Shown here in pieces: positions 8,351-16,932 of a stretch of DNA of 32,000 nt. The notes under the pieces were generated by a model that made no database searches, had not been told where the DNA came from, and saw only the letters and a list, made by a program, of their open reading frames with translations. The stretch is from Microcystis aeruginosa NIES-843. GTDB lineage: Bacteria > Cyanobacteriota > Cyanobacteriia > Cyanobacteriales > Microcystaceae. The stretch covers positions 510,001-542,000 of the forward strand of contig NC_010296.1 in assembly GCF_000010625.1 (NCBI RefSeq). The letters are read 5' to 3'. A program made the position numbers and the translations under genes. Numbering within the stretch: position 1 is the first letter of the stretch; each line of letters opens with the position of its first letter.

Positions 8351-10187
8351 CAGCAATTCTCATTTTAAAAAGTAACAAGTGATACAGACAGAAACAAAGC
8401 TTTAAGCAAGCTACAAAATGCGCTCCCGCGAGTGCGACTGCATCGCAGAGAAGTGAGTATATAGAGTATTTATACTCAAAATATTTGAAAGATGGGAGCA
8501 ATCTAGAACAAAAGTTCTCTACATCAGAAAGAGAACCAAATAAAAATTGATGATTGTTGTCTGTTGAGGTAAAATTATTAAGTTGGAAATATTAATTAAT
8601 CAAACTGTTCTGCGATGACGAAAAAGGCTGTGACTTGAGAAATTCCTGAATTAATACAATTTTTAGTTCAAGAATTACATGACTTACCCGATGACAGAAA
8701 ACCAGGAAACAATACCAAATATCAGGTAGAAGATGCAGTTAAGGCGGCTTTTTCGGTTTTTTTTACTCAGTCACCTTCTTTTTTAGAGCATCAACGTTTG
8801 ATGAAAAGTAGTAAGGGAAAAGATAATGCTTCAAGTTTATTTGGTATCAAAAAAATACCTGGTGATAATCAAATCAGAAACCTGTTAGATCCTATCCCAG
8901 CTGCCACAATATTTGGCTCTTTTCAACAAGTCTATCAATGGTTAAAAAAACCGGGAGTTATTAAAAAATTTTTCTACTTAGATGAGGAAATTTTAATAGC
9001 TTTAGATGGTACGGAATATTTTTCTTCAAAGAAAATTAGTTGTCCCCATTGTAATTGCCGCAATCCTCGTAATGGAACGACAACTTATTTTCATGGTTGC
9101 GTCACGCCAATTGTGGTTTCTCCTGAGCAAAAACAAGTGATTAATTTAGAACCAGAATTTATTAAAAAACAAGATGGGCAGCAAAAACAAGATTGTGAAA
9201 ATGCGGCTGTTAAAAGATGGTTAGATAAGAATCATCAAAAGAAGTATGGTTATCCCGTAACCCTGTTAGGAGATGACTTATACTCTCGCCAACCTATCTG
9301 TGAGTTAGCTCTAAAACAAGGTTATAATTTTATTTTTGTTTGTCTTGAAACTTCTCATAAAACCTTATATGAATGGCGAGAATTTTTAGAAAAAAGTGGA
9401 GAAGTTAAAACCGTAGAAAAGAAACAATGGGATGGACGAAAGAATCTCATTTATCGTTATCGTTATGTTTCTAGAGTTCCTCTGAGAGAGGTCGAGTCAA
9501 GTCTCGAAGTTAATTGGTGTGAAGTCACGGTCATTAATGAAAAAACACAGAAAATTATCTATCAAAATAATTGGATTACCAATCATCAAATTACTGAAAA
9601 TAATGTTGAAAAAATTGTCAAAGCTGGACGCAGCAGATGGAAAGTTGAGAATGAAGGAAATAACGTTCTTAAAAATCACGGTTATAATTTAGAACATAAT
9701 TTTGGTCATGGTCAAAGTCATTTATGCGAGTTCTTGTTGTCTTTAAATTTACTAGCTTTTTTATTTCATACCGTTTTAGATTTAGTTAATCATACTTATC
9801 AAAAGATTCGTGAGTTATTAGTTACTCGCACCAGTTTTTTTAATGATATTCGTACTTTATTAAAATATTTTTGGTTTAAGAATTGGTCAGAGTTTTTCTT
9901 GTTTATTCTTACCGAATATGTCCCGCTCAAAAAAATAAATTCTAGTTAAAAATGTCAATTTTTCGAGAGAAGGAAAGATTATTTTATTCATTGAAAAAAC
10001 CACAAATTAGGTCAGAATTTCAGCTAAATTTATGAGTTGAGATAAGTTTTTTATGGGCAGATATTTTAAAACTGTCTCTTGAAGCTAATTATGATGATTA
10101 TCTTGAAAAAAAATGATAATTAGACAGAAGTTCTCTTGTTCACATAGAGAACTTTATCTTCTTTTGTTTTCAAAATGAGAATTGCTG
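8351..10187 (+). mobile_element. IS element (1837 bp) with 21-bp terminal inverted repeats, family not assigned
   Basis: Left IR is CAGCAATTCTCATTTTAAAAA (8351-8371). Right IR is TTTTCAAAATGAGAATTGCTG (10167-10187). They match 20/21 as reverse complements. The element holds a single transposase frame. The flanking bases (..GGCCAAG / GTGGGGA..) are not a direct repeat. Confidence 0.8.
8798..9949 (+). CDS. DDE transposase (IS4/ISNCY-like by eye)
   Basis: 383 aa from ATG 8798. The frame stays open back to 8639 and continues a 7-codon ATG stub (8615) across an in-frame TGA (8636-8638). Motifs: ALDGTEYFSS, CPHCNC, LGDDLYSRQ, RWKVENEGNNVLKNHGYNLEHNFGHG. Confidence 0.8.
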   Translation: MMKSSKGKDNASSLFGIKKIPGDNQIRNLLDPIPAATIFGSFQQVYQWLKKPGVIKKFFYLDEEILIALDGTEYFSSKKISCPHCNCRNPRNGTTTYFHGCVTPIVVSPEQKQVINLEPEFIKKQDGQQKQDCENAAVKRWLDKNHQKKYGYPVTLLGDDLYSRQPICELALKQGYNFIFVCLETSHKTLYEWREFLEKSGEVKTVEKKQWDGRKNLIYRYRYVSRVPLREVESSLEVNWCEVTVINEKTQKIIYQNNWITNHQITENNVEKIVKAGRSRWKVENEGNNVLKNHGYNLEHNFGHGQSHLCEFLLSLNLLAFLFHTVLDLVNHTYQKIRELLVTRTSFFNDIRTLLKYFWFKNWSEFFLFILTEYVPLKKINSS

Positions 10188-10281
10188 GTGGGGAAGTGGG
10201 GGAATGGGGGAATTTTAACTAAAACCCTAAACCCCCAAAACCCTAAAACCCCAAAACCTTCCAACTCTCCAGAAACTTAAC

Positions 10282-10691
10282 TCAGGCTGAGGAAGCCTCA
10301 ACCAGTTGAAAGCCAAGGGATTGCGCCTTTTTCGAGAGATTGTTGATGACCCGTTGACGATACTGTTGTTCGTAATCATCTGCTCCCAGTTCTTGATAGG
10401 ATTGTTTGGTCGTCCACAGATGATAAAAAATCCGCGCTATTTTATGTGCCGTAGCCGTAATCGCCTTGGCCGCACCAGCGCGGCGATAAAGACGACGATA
10501 AAAAGCCCCCAAAGCGCAACTAGAACGACTGACTGCTTGAGCGGCTAATCTAAAGGCCGTGGCGGCTCGATTGACAACTTTACGAGTTTGTGAGCTTTTG
10601 ACTTTTCCGCTCCCGCCGCCTTGGCATTGATGATGTTTAACTTCTGGTCACTACTTTGGGTTTTTGAAGACTTGTTTCGGGATTTGGTCAT
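10282..10691 (-). pseudogene. IS110-family transposase, internally deleted and frameshifted remnant
   Basis: The minus-strand ATG at 10691 gives MTKSRNKSSKTQSSDQKLNIINAKAAG. A different frame then reads GSGKVKSSQTRKVVNRAATAFRLAAQAVSRSSCALGAFYRRLYRRAGAAKAITATAHKIARIFYHLW, an IS110 C-terminal type sequence. The catalytic middle is missing. Confidence 0.65.
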
Positions 10692-11026
10692 GGCTTTCTT
10701 GGCTCCGAGTTATGATCGGGGAAGTACCCTTGTTCTAGGAAGGGTTTTTTATTTGATTCTCGACCACGGGTTCAAGAGTTAATCCTCGTCTCGCCAATTC
10801 TTTTTTCCTCTTTCCTAGGGACCTAGCTGATAATCGGGTCTCATGACACCATTGTTACTCCGGTTTGAGTTCAGGATACTTCCAGATTTAGAATATCAGG
10901 GCTTGTCCCTAGTTTCTCTTTTTCTTTTTAGGGCGCTTTGCGTCCTTCAGGAGCTGATCACTGATTCCCGTCTCCTGACTGCCAAAAACGTTACTATAAA
11001 AATAAATATAAATAATTGTTAAGAAA

Positions 11027-12535
11027 ATGACGCAAATTACCGTTATTGGTGCAGGGATTGGCGGACTAACGGCGGCGGCATTATTGGCGCGTCGAGGTTA
11101 TCAAGTCACAGTATATGATCAGGCGCTTGTCCCCGGAGGTTGTGCCTCGACTTTTTGCCGTCGGGGTTTTACTTTTGACGTGGGGGCAACTCAAGTGGCA
11201 GGATTAGAAGTAGGGGGCATTCATCAGCGCATTTTTGCCGAATTAGGGATAGATTTACCCGATTCTGTCCCTTGCGATCCCGCTTGTGCCGTTTTTCTGC
11301 CGGGGGAAACCACTGCGATTAACGTCTGGCGCAATCCGCAAAAGTGGCAAGAGGAAAGACAAAAACAATTTCCGGGCAGCGAACCTTTTTGGCAATTATT
11401 ACAAAAACTCTTTCAAGCAAGTTGGCGTTTTCAAAGTCGCGATCCAGTTTTACCCCCGCGCAACTGGTGGGATTTAGGGCAATTAATCTCCGCTTTGCGT
11501 GTAGATACTGCCATTACCTTCCCTTTTACTTTGATGACTGTGGGCGATGCTCTGCGATTATACGGCTTAGAGACAGATAAACGCCTAAAAACCTTCCTTG
11601 ATCTCCAGTTAAAGCTTTATTCCCAAGTTACTGCCGATGAAACCGCTTTACTTTATGCCGCCACCGCTTTAGCAGTTTCTCAGTCTCCCCAAGGTTTATC
11701 CCACCTTCAGGGTAGTATGCAGGTATTAAGCGATCGCCTAGTAGCAGCTTTGGAAAAATACGGCGGTAAATTGCAAATGCGCCACACAGTGGAAAAAATA
11801 CTGACAGAAAAGGGAAAAGCCACGGGAATTATCGTCAGAAATCAAAAAAATGGGCAAATACATCCAGAAATGGCCGATGAGATTGTCGCTAATATCCCGA
11901 TCCAAAATTTACCACAATTAATCGATCGCGAAGCCATTCCCAGTCTTTATCACCGGAGAATCGAAAAACTTCCCCCCGCATCCGCTGCTTTTGTGGTTTA
12001 CTTAGGAGTCGATCGCGCTGCTATTCCCCCCGATTGTCCCCCCCATTTGCAATTCCTCTACGATGACGATGGCATGATCGGCGAAAATAACTCTTTGTTT
12101 GTTTCCGTGAGTAAAGAAGGGGATGGTCGCGCTCCAGTGGGAAAAGCGACGATTATTGCTTCTTCCTTCACCGATACCAGTCTTTGGTGGCGAAAAGGAG
12201 AAGATAATTATCAGCAATTAAAAGCAGCATACACCCAAGAGGCGATCAATCGTCTCGGTAATTATTTCCATCTTAGTCCTGATCACATCGTTCACATCGA
12301 ATCAGCTACACCTCGCACTTTTGAACGGTTTACAGGGCGAAATCAGGGCATTGTCGGCGGTATTGGTCAAAGACTGTCCACTTTTGGCCCTTTTGGAGTA
12401 GCGACGCGCACTCCGATCCCCCATCTTTGGTTAGTGGGAGATTCCACCCATCCGGGAGAAGGTACTGCCGGAGTCAGCTATTCGGCGCTAACGGTAGTTA
12501 GACAGATTGAAAATAAATTATTAGCTTCTAGTTAA
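11027..12535 (+). CDS. phytoene-desaturase-family FAD oxidoreductase, probably carotenoid C-3',4' desaturase CrtD-like
   Basis: 502 aa. N-terminal Rossmann motif ITVIGAGIGGLTAAALLARRGYQVTVYDQALVPGGCASTF and C-terminal WLVGDSTHPGEGTAGVSYSA. The CrtD versus CrtH/other assignment rests only on my memory of GGCASTF..GF.FDVGAT. Confidence 0.7.
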   Translation: MTQITVIGAGIGGLTAAALLARRGYQVTVYDQALVPGGCASTFCRRGFTFDVGATQVAGLEVGGIHQRIFAELGIDLPDSVPCDPACAVFLPGETTAINVWRNPQKWQEERQKQFPGSEPFWQLLQKLFQASWRFQSRDPVLPPRNWWDLGQLISALRVDTAITFPFTLMTVGDALRLYGLETDKRLKTFLDLQLKLYSQVTADETALLYAATALAVSQSPQGLSHLQGSMQVLSDRLVAALEKYGGKLQMRHTVEKILTEKGKATGIIVRNQKNGQIHPEMADEIVANIPIQNLPQLIDREAIPSLYHRRIEKLPPASAAFVVYLGVDRAAIPPDCPPHLQFLYDDDGMIGENNSLFVSVSKEGDGRAPVGKATIIASSFTDTSLWWRKGEDNYQQLKAAYTQEAINRLGNYFHLSPDHIVHIESATPRTFERFTGRNQGIVGGIGQRLSTFGPFGVATRTPIPHLWLVGDSTHPGEGTAGVSYSALTVVRQIENKLLASS

Positions 12536-12547
12536 GTGGGTGGGTGG

Positions 12548-12814
12548 AATTAAATCCGACATTCCGCACATCTTCATATACCTTTATATATTTTTACATT
12601 CCCCAAGATGTTTTGACGAAAAAGCTTCATTGTAGAAACTACTATTGAGAACATTTTCAATAATTGATTTTTTCTGAGAAAACAAATTACAATTCTTCAC
12701 CTTGATGAAAATCGATCCTTGTAGCTACAATCTTTACTGGCAAAGGGTTGTAAGCAATGTATTAGTAAAAATTATCAATTGAATGTTAAGAAGTGCGGAA
12801 GGTGGGTTGTAATT
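12548..12814. mobile_element. MITE (~267 bp) with imperfect IRs related to the IS1634-element ends
   Basis: The left end is AATTAAATCCGACATTCCGCAC. The reverse complement of the right end is AATTACAACCCACCTTCCGCAC. Compare the IS1634 IR AACCCACATTCCGCACCCT at 28731. The interior is AT-rich and non-coding. Confidence 0.6.
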
Positions 12815-12879
12815 ATTCTGTACAAAGATGAGAGGATTTTTCGTACCTGCTCTGATACTCTGGTTTTTATTCACCTTTA

Positions 12880-13650
12880 ATGAGAGGAAATAACCTAGTG
12901 AAGCTCAATGCCCTTAATTCTTTAGCTTTCGCCACAGGGACAGTAACTCTACTGTTAAGTAGCGTGTCTTCTGTTAGTGCTTATACCATTTATACAAATC
13001 GGACTGCCTGGGAAGCGGCACTCGCCACGAACCCCTCGTACAAGATTACCACCGATACCTTTAGCAATACTATTTCTTCGGCACAGTCAATTACCCTAGA
13101 TTCAGGGATTGTTTCCACTAATTCCGCTCCTCCCACACTGCCTAATTCGTTTAATAACAACAGTGTCAGCATCGTCAATTCTGGTGTTTACGATAATGCT
13201 TCCGGTACACTTACGGGTGCTTCTGATACCATAACCTGGCAGTTTCCTGCTACCGTGTTGGCTTTTGGTGCTGACTTTTCCCGCATTGATGAGTTATAGT
13301 CATTTCAATTAAGATTGAGAATATCAATGCCAGAGTTCATAAGGGTTTAACTGGTCTAGAGTGTATCAGACTTATCTGAAATGACTATAACTCTTACTGG
13401 CAATTTCGATGGCACAGGAGACCAAACTATTTCTATCAATCCTACAATTGGTGGAGAGAATGGGTTTCTCGGTATTATCGGGACAGCAGAATTTAGTTCT
13501 GTTATCTTTGCCAATAATACAACAGCTGTCGATAGTTTTAGTATTGACAATGCTTCTTTTGCTACCAAAGTTCCTGAACCCAATGCGGTTGTTGCTTTCG
13601 CCATACTTGGGGGTAGTCTGTTCTTAATTAAGAAAGCCAAGGGCAGCTGA
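12880..13650 (+). pseudogene. PEP-CTERM sorting-domain secreted protein, split by a 91-bp MITE
   Basis: ORF 12880-13299 has a signal peptide (LAFATGTVTLLLSSVSSVSA). ORF 13381-13650 ends in KVPEPNAVVAFAILGGSLFLIKKAKGS (PEP-CTERM). Both are in the same frame, and removing 13297-13389 fuses them. Confidence 0.8.
13297..13387. mobile_element. 91-bp Stowaway-like MITE with TA target-site duplication
   Basis: The terminal IRs are TAGTCATTTCAATTAAG and CTTATCTGAAATGACTA (15/17 as reverse complements). TA is present at 13295-13296 and 13388-13389. Confidence 0.8.
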
Positions 13651-13742
13651 CTGGCTGATAATCAGTAATCAGTGAAAAGATGGCAAGAAACTGCTATTTA
13701 ATACTGCACACTTACCACATACTGCTCACTTAAAACTCAAAT

Positions 13743-13799
13743 CTGTTAACTGTTAACTTACCCACTGATAACTGATAACTGATAACTGATAACTGTTAT
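13743..13799. repeat. heptamer array CTGATAA x4 flanked by CTGTTAA/CTGTTAT variants
   Basis: Direct reading of the sequence. The array overlaps the stop codon of the histidine phosphatase gene. Confidence 0.9.
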
Positions 13800-15133
13800 A
13801 AAGCGCCGGCTGCCGTGCGATCGAGTATTCCCGCTCCTAGATGAGAGGTAATATTAATTGCTTGTAGGACCGGTTGAGAGTCAACCCCTTTGGGATAATC
13901 GATAACACTAACCGCACCATTTCCCTGTTTAATATTCCAGAAATTGGCGGGTTTTAAACCCAATAAATAACAAAGAATCACCTTATTAATGGCATCGTGA
14001 GCTACTACCATAATTGTCTTAGGACTATCGCTATTACTATAGGTTTTAACGATTTGCCGCCAACAAGCGATCGCTCGATCCCAAACCTCTTGTAAATTCT
14101 CCCCTTCCGGCATTTGTACGGTTTCCGGGGCATTTTTCCAGTCTTCTAACATCCCGGGGAAACTCGCTTCAATTTCCTCCTCTAATTTACCTTCCCAAAG
14201 TCCGTGACAGATTTCCGTCAGATCTACTTGGGTATCTAAGGTGACATCGGGGTGATATTGCAGGATAATTTGGGCAGTTTCCTTGGGACGGGACAAAGGA
14301 CTGGTGACAGCGTGATCGATCGCCGTTTCTCGCAGAAATTCGGCGGCTTTCTCAGCTTGAGCTTTGCCATTATCATTGAGAGGAATATCGCGCACACCTT
14401 GAAAACGTTTATCCCGATTCCATTGGGTTTCTCCGTGACGCACCAGCAGCAGCCTCGAACCTTGGAAAGGAGGACGCGGTGGGGGTAAAGCTATCCCTAG
14501 GTGTGCCGTTTGATTGAGGGATTCCACCTGCACAGGATCACCAAAATCACCCGTAAAATTGAGAACATTAACGCAACAGTTAGATTGTTGTAGGGAATGG
14601 TATAAGGAAACCGGAATACCGATGGCACTGAGGATTAAACAGCGATTAATGCCGTTATGGGCAACAATGAGGATAGTTTTGCCCTCGTGTTGGGGAATAA
14701 TTTCTCGCCAAAAATCTTGGGCTTGTTGATAGAGAGAGAGAACGGGATAATGTTCTTGACCATCGGGCAGTATCATCTTAAATTCGTGAGGTTTTTGGTG
14801 CCAATCCCGATATTCTTGAGGGTATTGAGCTTTTACCTCCTCTTTGACCATATTTTCCCAGATAGGCAGATCGATTTCTAGTAACTGCGAAGTGGGTTGA
14901 ATGACGGGAGAATTATTTAAACGAGACTGAATCACCTCAGCAGTAGATTTGGCTCTTTGGAGAGGACTACAGTAAAAAGCGGCGATATCGATTTGACTGA
15001 GGGCATTTCCTACTTTTTCCGCGTCCAGATGGCCTTTTTCTGTCAAAACCGAGCCATCACTGCGACCTTGTATTTTCTGCTCTGCGTTATAACTGCTTTG
15101 TCCATGACGAACAATAATCACACGAGTAGCCAA
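13796..15133 (-). CDS. tandem double histidine-phosphatase (phosphoglycerate-mutase family) protein
   Basis: 445 aa with two RHG catalytic motifs (VIIVRHGQSSYN and LLLVRHGETQWN). Each is followed by its own distal His motif (IVAHNGI and VVAHDAI). Confidence 0.85.
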   Translation of the reverse strand: MATRVIIVRHGQSSYNAEQKIQGRSDGSVLTEKGHLDAEKVGNALSQIDIAAFYCSPLQRAKSTAEVIQSRLNNSPVIQPTSQLLEIDLPIWENMVKEEVKAQYPQEYRDWHQKPHEFKMILPDGQEHYPVLSLYQQAQDFWREIIPQHEGKTILIVAHNGINRCLILSAIGIPVSLYHSLQQSNCCVNVLNFTGDFGDPVQVESLNQTAHLGIALPPPRPPFQGSRLLLVRHGETQWNRDKRFQGVRDIPLNDNGKAQAEKAAEFLRETAIDHAVTSPLSRPKETAQIILQYHPDVTLDTQVDLTEICHGLWEGKLEEEIEASFPGMLEDWKNAPETVQMPEGENLQEVWDRAIACWRQIVKTYSNSDSPKTIMVVAHDAINKVILCYLLGLKPANFWNIKQGNGAVSVIDYPKGVDSQPVLQAINITSHLGAGILDRTAAGAL

Positions 15134-15198
15134 GCGGTTCAGTCTCCTTAACTAAAAGTCTCAATATCAGATTACAGGCGATCGGGATCGGAGTACAA

Positions 15199-15233
15199 AT
15201 CAGTGATCAGTAATCAGTAATCAGTAATCAGTG
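15199..15233. repeat. heptamer array ATCAGTR x5
   Basis: Direct reading of the sequence. It lies 66 nt upstream of the histidine phosphatase start. A 2-unit copy is at 13661-13674. Confidence 0.9.
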
Positions 15234-15563
15234 GGGAGCAGGGAGAGGAAGTCCGAGCATTTGTACTAAAATTTCTCAGATACAGTTTCAATGCAGGACA
15301 GAATATCAAAACTTCCTGACATGAAAATCTCTTGGGGATCAAGGGGTTGGCAATTTTGTCAAGAAATCATGACAAGGTACTTGTTCAAAATCGGAATCTT
15401 ACTGTTTAATAGGTATTTATAACAAGCGATTCCCTTGATCCCCATCGAGTGGATCTCTCGTTCACAAAGCAATCGATGAGTAGTTAGAAGGATTACCCAG
15501 ATAACTGCTTTTGCAAATGCCCAAAAACATTTGCCGTCGTAACTAATCGGAGAGCGTCAACTC

Positions 15564-16808
15564 ATGGTTCCAGAATACCCCCCCTTAGATGAGATGACCT
15601 TGCGGCAACTACGACGAGTTGCCAGTCAATACAGCATCTCTCGTTACAGTCGGATGCGGAAAACGCAGTTAATCGAGTCAATTACCCAAGCTATGGGAGT
15701 AAGCGGCAATTTTAAATCTATTATTAAAGAGGAAAAACCAGTGGAAGCAGCAAAATTTGAATTAGGTCAAGCTAACCCGATCGAAGATATCCTAGGTTCA
15801 GTGGATGATGGTTTAGGAGATCTGCCCGGGGGCTACGGTGAAAATCGCATCACCCTCCTACCTCGCGATCCTCAGTGGGCCTATGCTTACTGGGATATCC
15901 CCAACGAATCAAAAGAAGATCTCCGTCGTCAAGGGGGACAACAGTTAGCCCTGCGTCTTTATGATGTCACCGATATCGATCTCAATAGCCAAGGCGCGCA
16001 TAGCGTCCAAGAATATCTCTGTGATGAATTAGCCCGGGAATGGTATTTACCGATTCCGGTCAGCGATCGAGATTATGTTATCGATATCGGTTATCGTTGT
16101 GCCGATGGTCGTTGGTTAGTTTTGGCCCGTTCTCCTTTAGTGCGGATTCCTCCCGTCTATCCTTCCGACTGGATTGAAGATATTTTTGTCACCGTTAACT
16201 GGGAAGAAGAACTGGTGGGTAAAACTGTTTACGAACTCGTTCCCCCCAGCAAACGCTACGGCAGCAGCGCCGGAACCACGGGAAGCCCTATCTACGACCA
16301 AATTTTCGAGAGTGTCGGCGATATCGAGGCCCTACGGGTGGCCGGTTCCTTGTTTGGTTCCATGCAGCACGTCGCTGGTTCCGTACCGATGTCGGAAGTG
16401 ATCAGTTCTTATGTATTCCCCTCTGGGGTTGGTATGTGGGCAGTTCCCACGGTATCGGGACTAACTGCTTCCGGTATAGGCATAACTGCTTCCGGTATCG
16501 GTATGGGTGCTTCGGAAACCCTACAACGTCCGCGCAAATTCTGGTTAGTTGCCGATGCCGAATTAATCGTCTATGGTGCTACGGAACCCGATGCCACCGT
16601 AACTATCGGTGGTCGTCCGATTAAACTCAATCCCGATGGCACTTTCCGCTATCAGATGTCCTTCCAAGATGGTTTAATCGATTATCCGATTATGGCCGTG
16701 GCCGCCGATGGTGAACAAAATCGTTCTATCCACATGAAATTTACCCGGGAAACCCCTTCTCGCAATACCAACACTAAAGATGAGGCGGTTCTAGAATGGT
16801 TATTCTAG
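15564..16808 (+). CDS. Rho_N (SAP-like) + DUF4912 domain protein
   Basis: The N-terminus LRQLRRVASQYSISRYSRMRKTQLIESI is a Rho-termination-factor N-terminal-like motif. ITLLPRDPQWAYAYWDI is typical of a DUF4912 start. 414 aa. Confidence 0.75.
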   Translation: MVPEYPPLDEMTLRQLRRVASQYSISRYSRMRKTQLIESITQAMGVSGNFKSIIKEEKPVEAAKFELGQANPIEDILGSVDDGLGDLPGGYGENRITLLPRDPQWAYAYWDIPNESKEDLRRQGGQQLALRLYDVTDIDLNSQGAHSVQEYLCDELAREWYLPIPVSDRDYVIDIGYRCADGRWLVLARSPLVRIPPVYPSDWIEDIFVTVNWEEELVGKTVYELVPPSKRYGSSAGTTGSPIYDQIFESVGDIEALRVAGSLFGSMQHVAGSVPMSEVISSYVFPSGVGMWAVPTVSGLTASGIGITASGIGMGASETLQRPRKFWLVADAELIVYGATEPDATVTIGGRPIKLNPDGTFRYQMSFQDGLIDYPIMAVAADGEQNRSIHMKFTRETPSRNTNTKDEAVLEWLF

Positions 16809-16848
16809 ATCGGGTTTTCTAACGTTACCAAAGCCAACCTAATTACTT

Positions 16849-16882
16849 CCCCCTAACTGAGATTTAGTTAGGGGATTTTTTT
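16849..16882 (+). terminator. intrinsic terminator after the DUF4912 gene
   Basis: The stem is CCCCTAACT...AGTTAGGGG, followed by ATTTTTTT. Confidence 0.6.
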
Positions 16883-16932
16883 CGAGAAGTTAACGGCAAG
16901 CTACCGAGGGGGTTGCTTGCCGCTATCAACTT

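Noticed and set aside
8295-8501. 68-aa minus-strand ORF
   Set aside because: It crosses the IS4-fragment / IS left-IR boundary at 8350/8351, so it is a junction artefact.
10221-10258. Telomere-like CCCTAAA repeats (AAAACCCTAAACCCCCAAAACCCTAAAACCCCAAAACC) next to a G-rich run (10188-10210)
   Set aside because: The repeats are irregular in unit length and sit internal to a bacterial-type locus next to IS debris. I treat this as another short-repeat/IS-end remnant and not a telomere.
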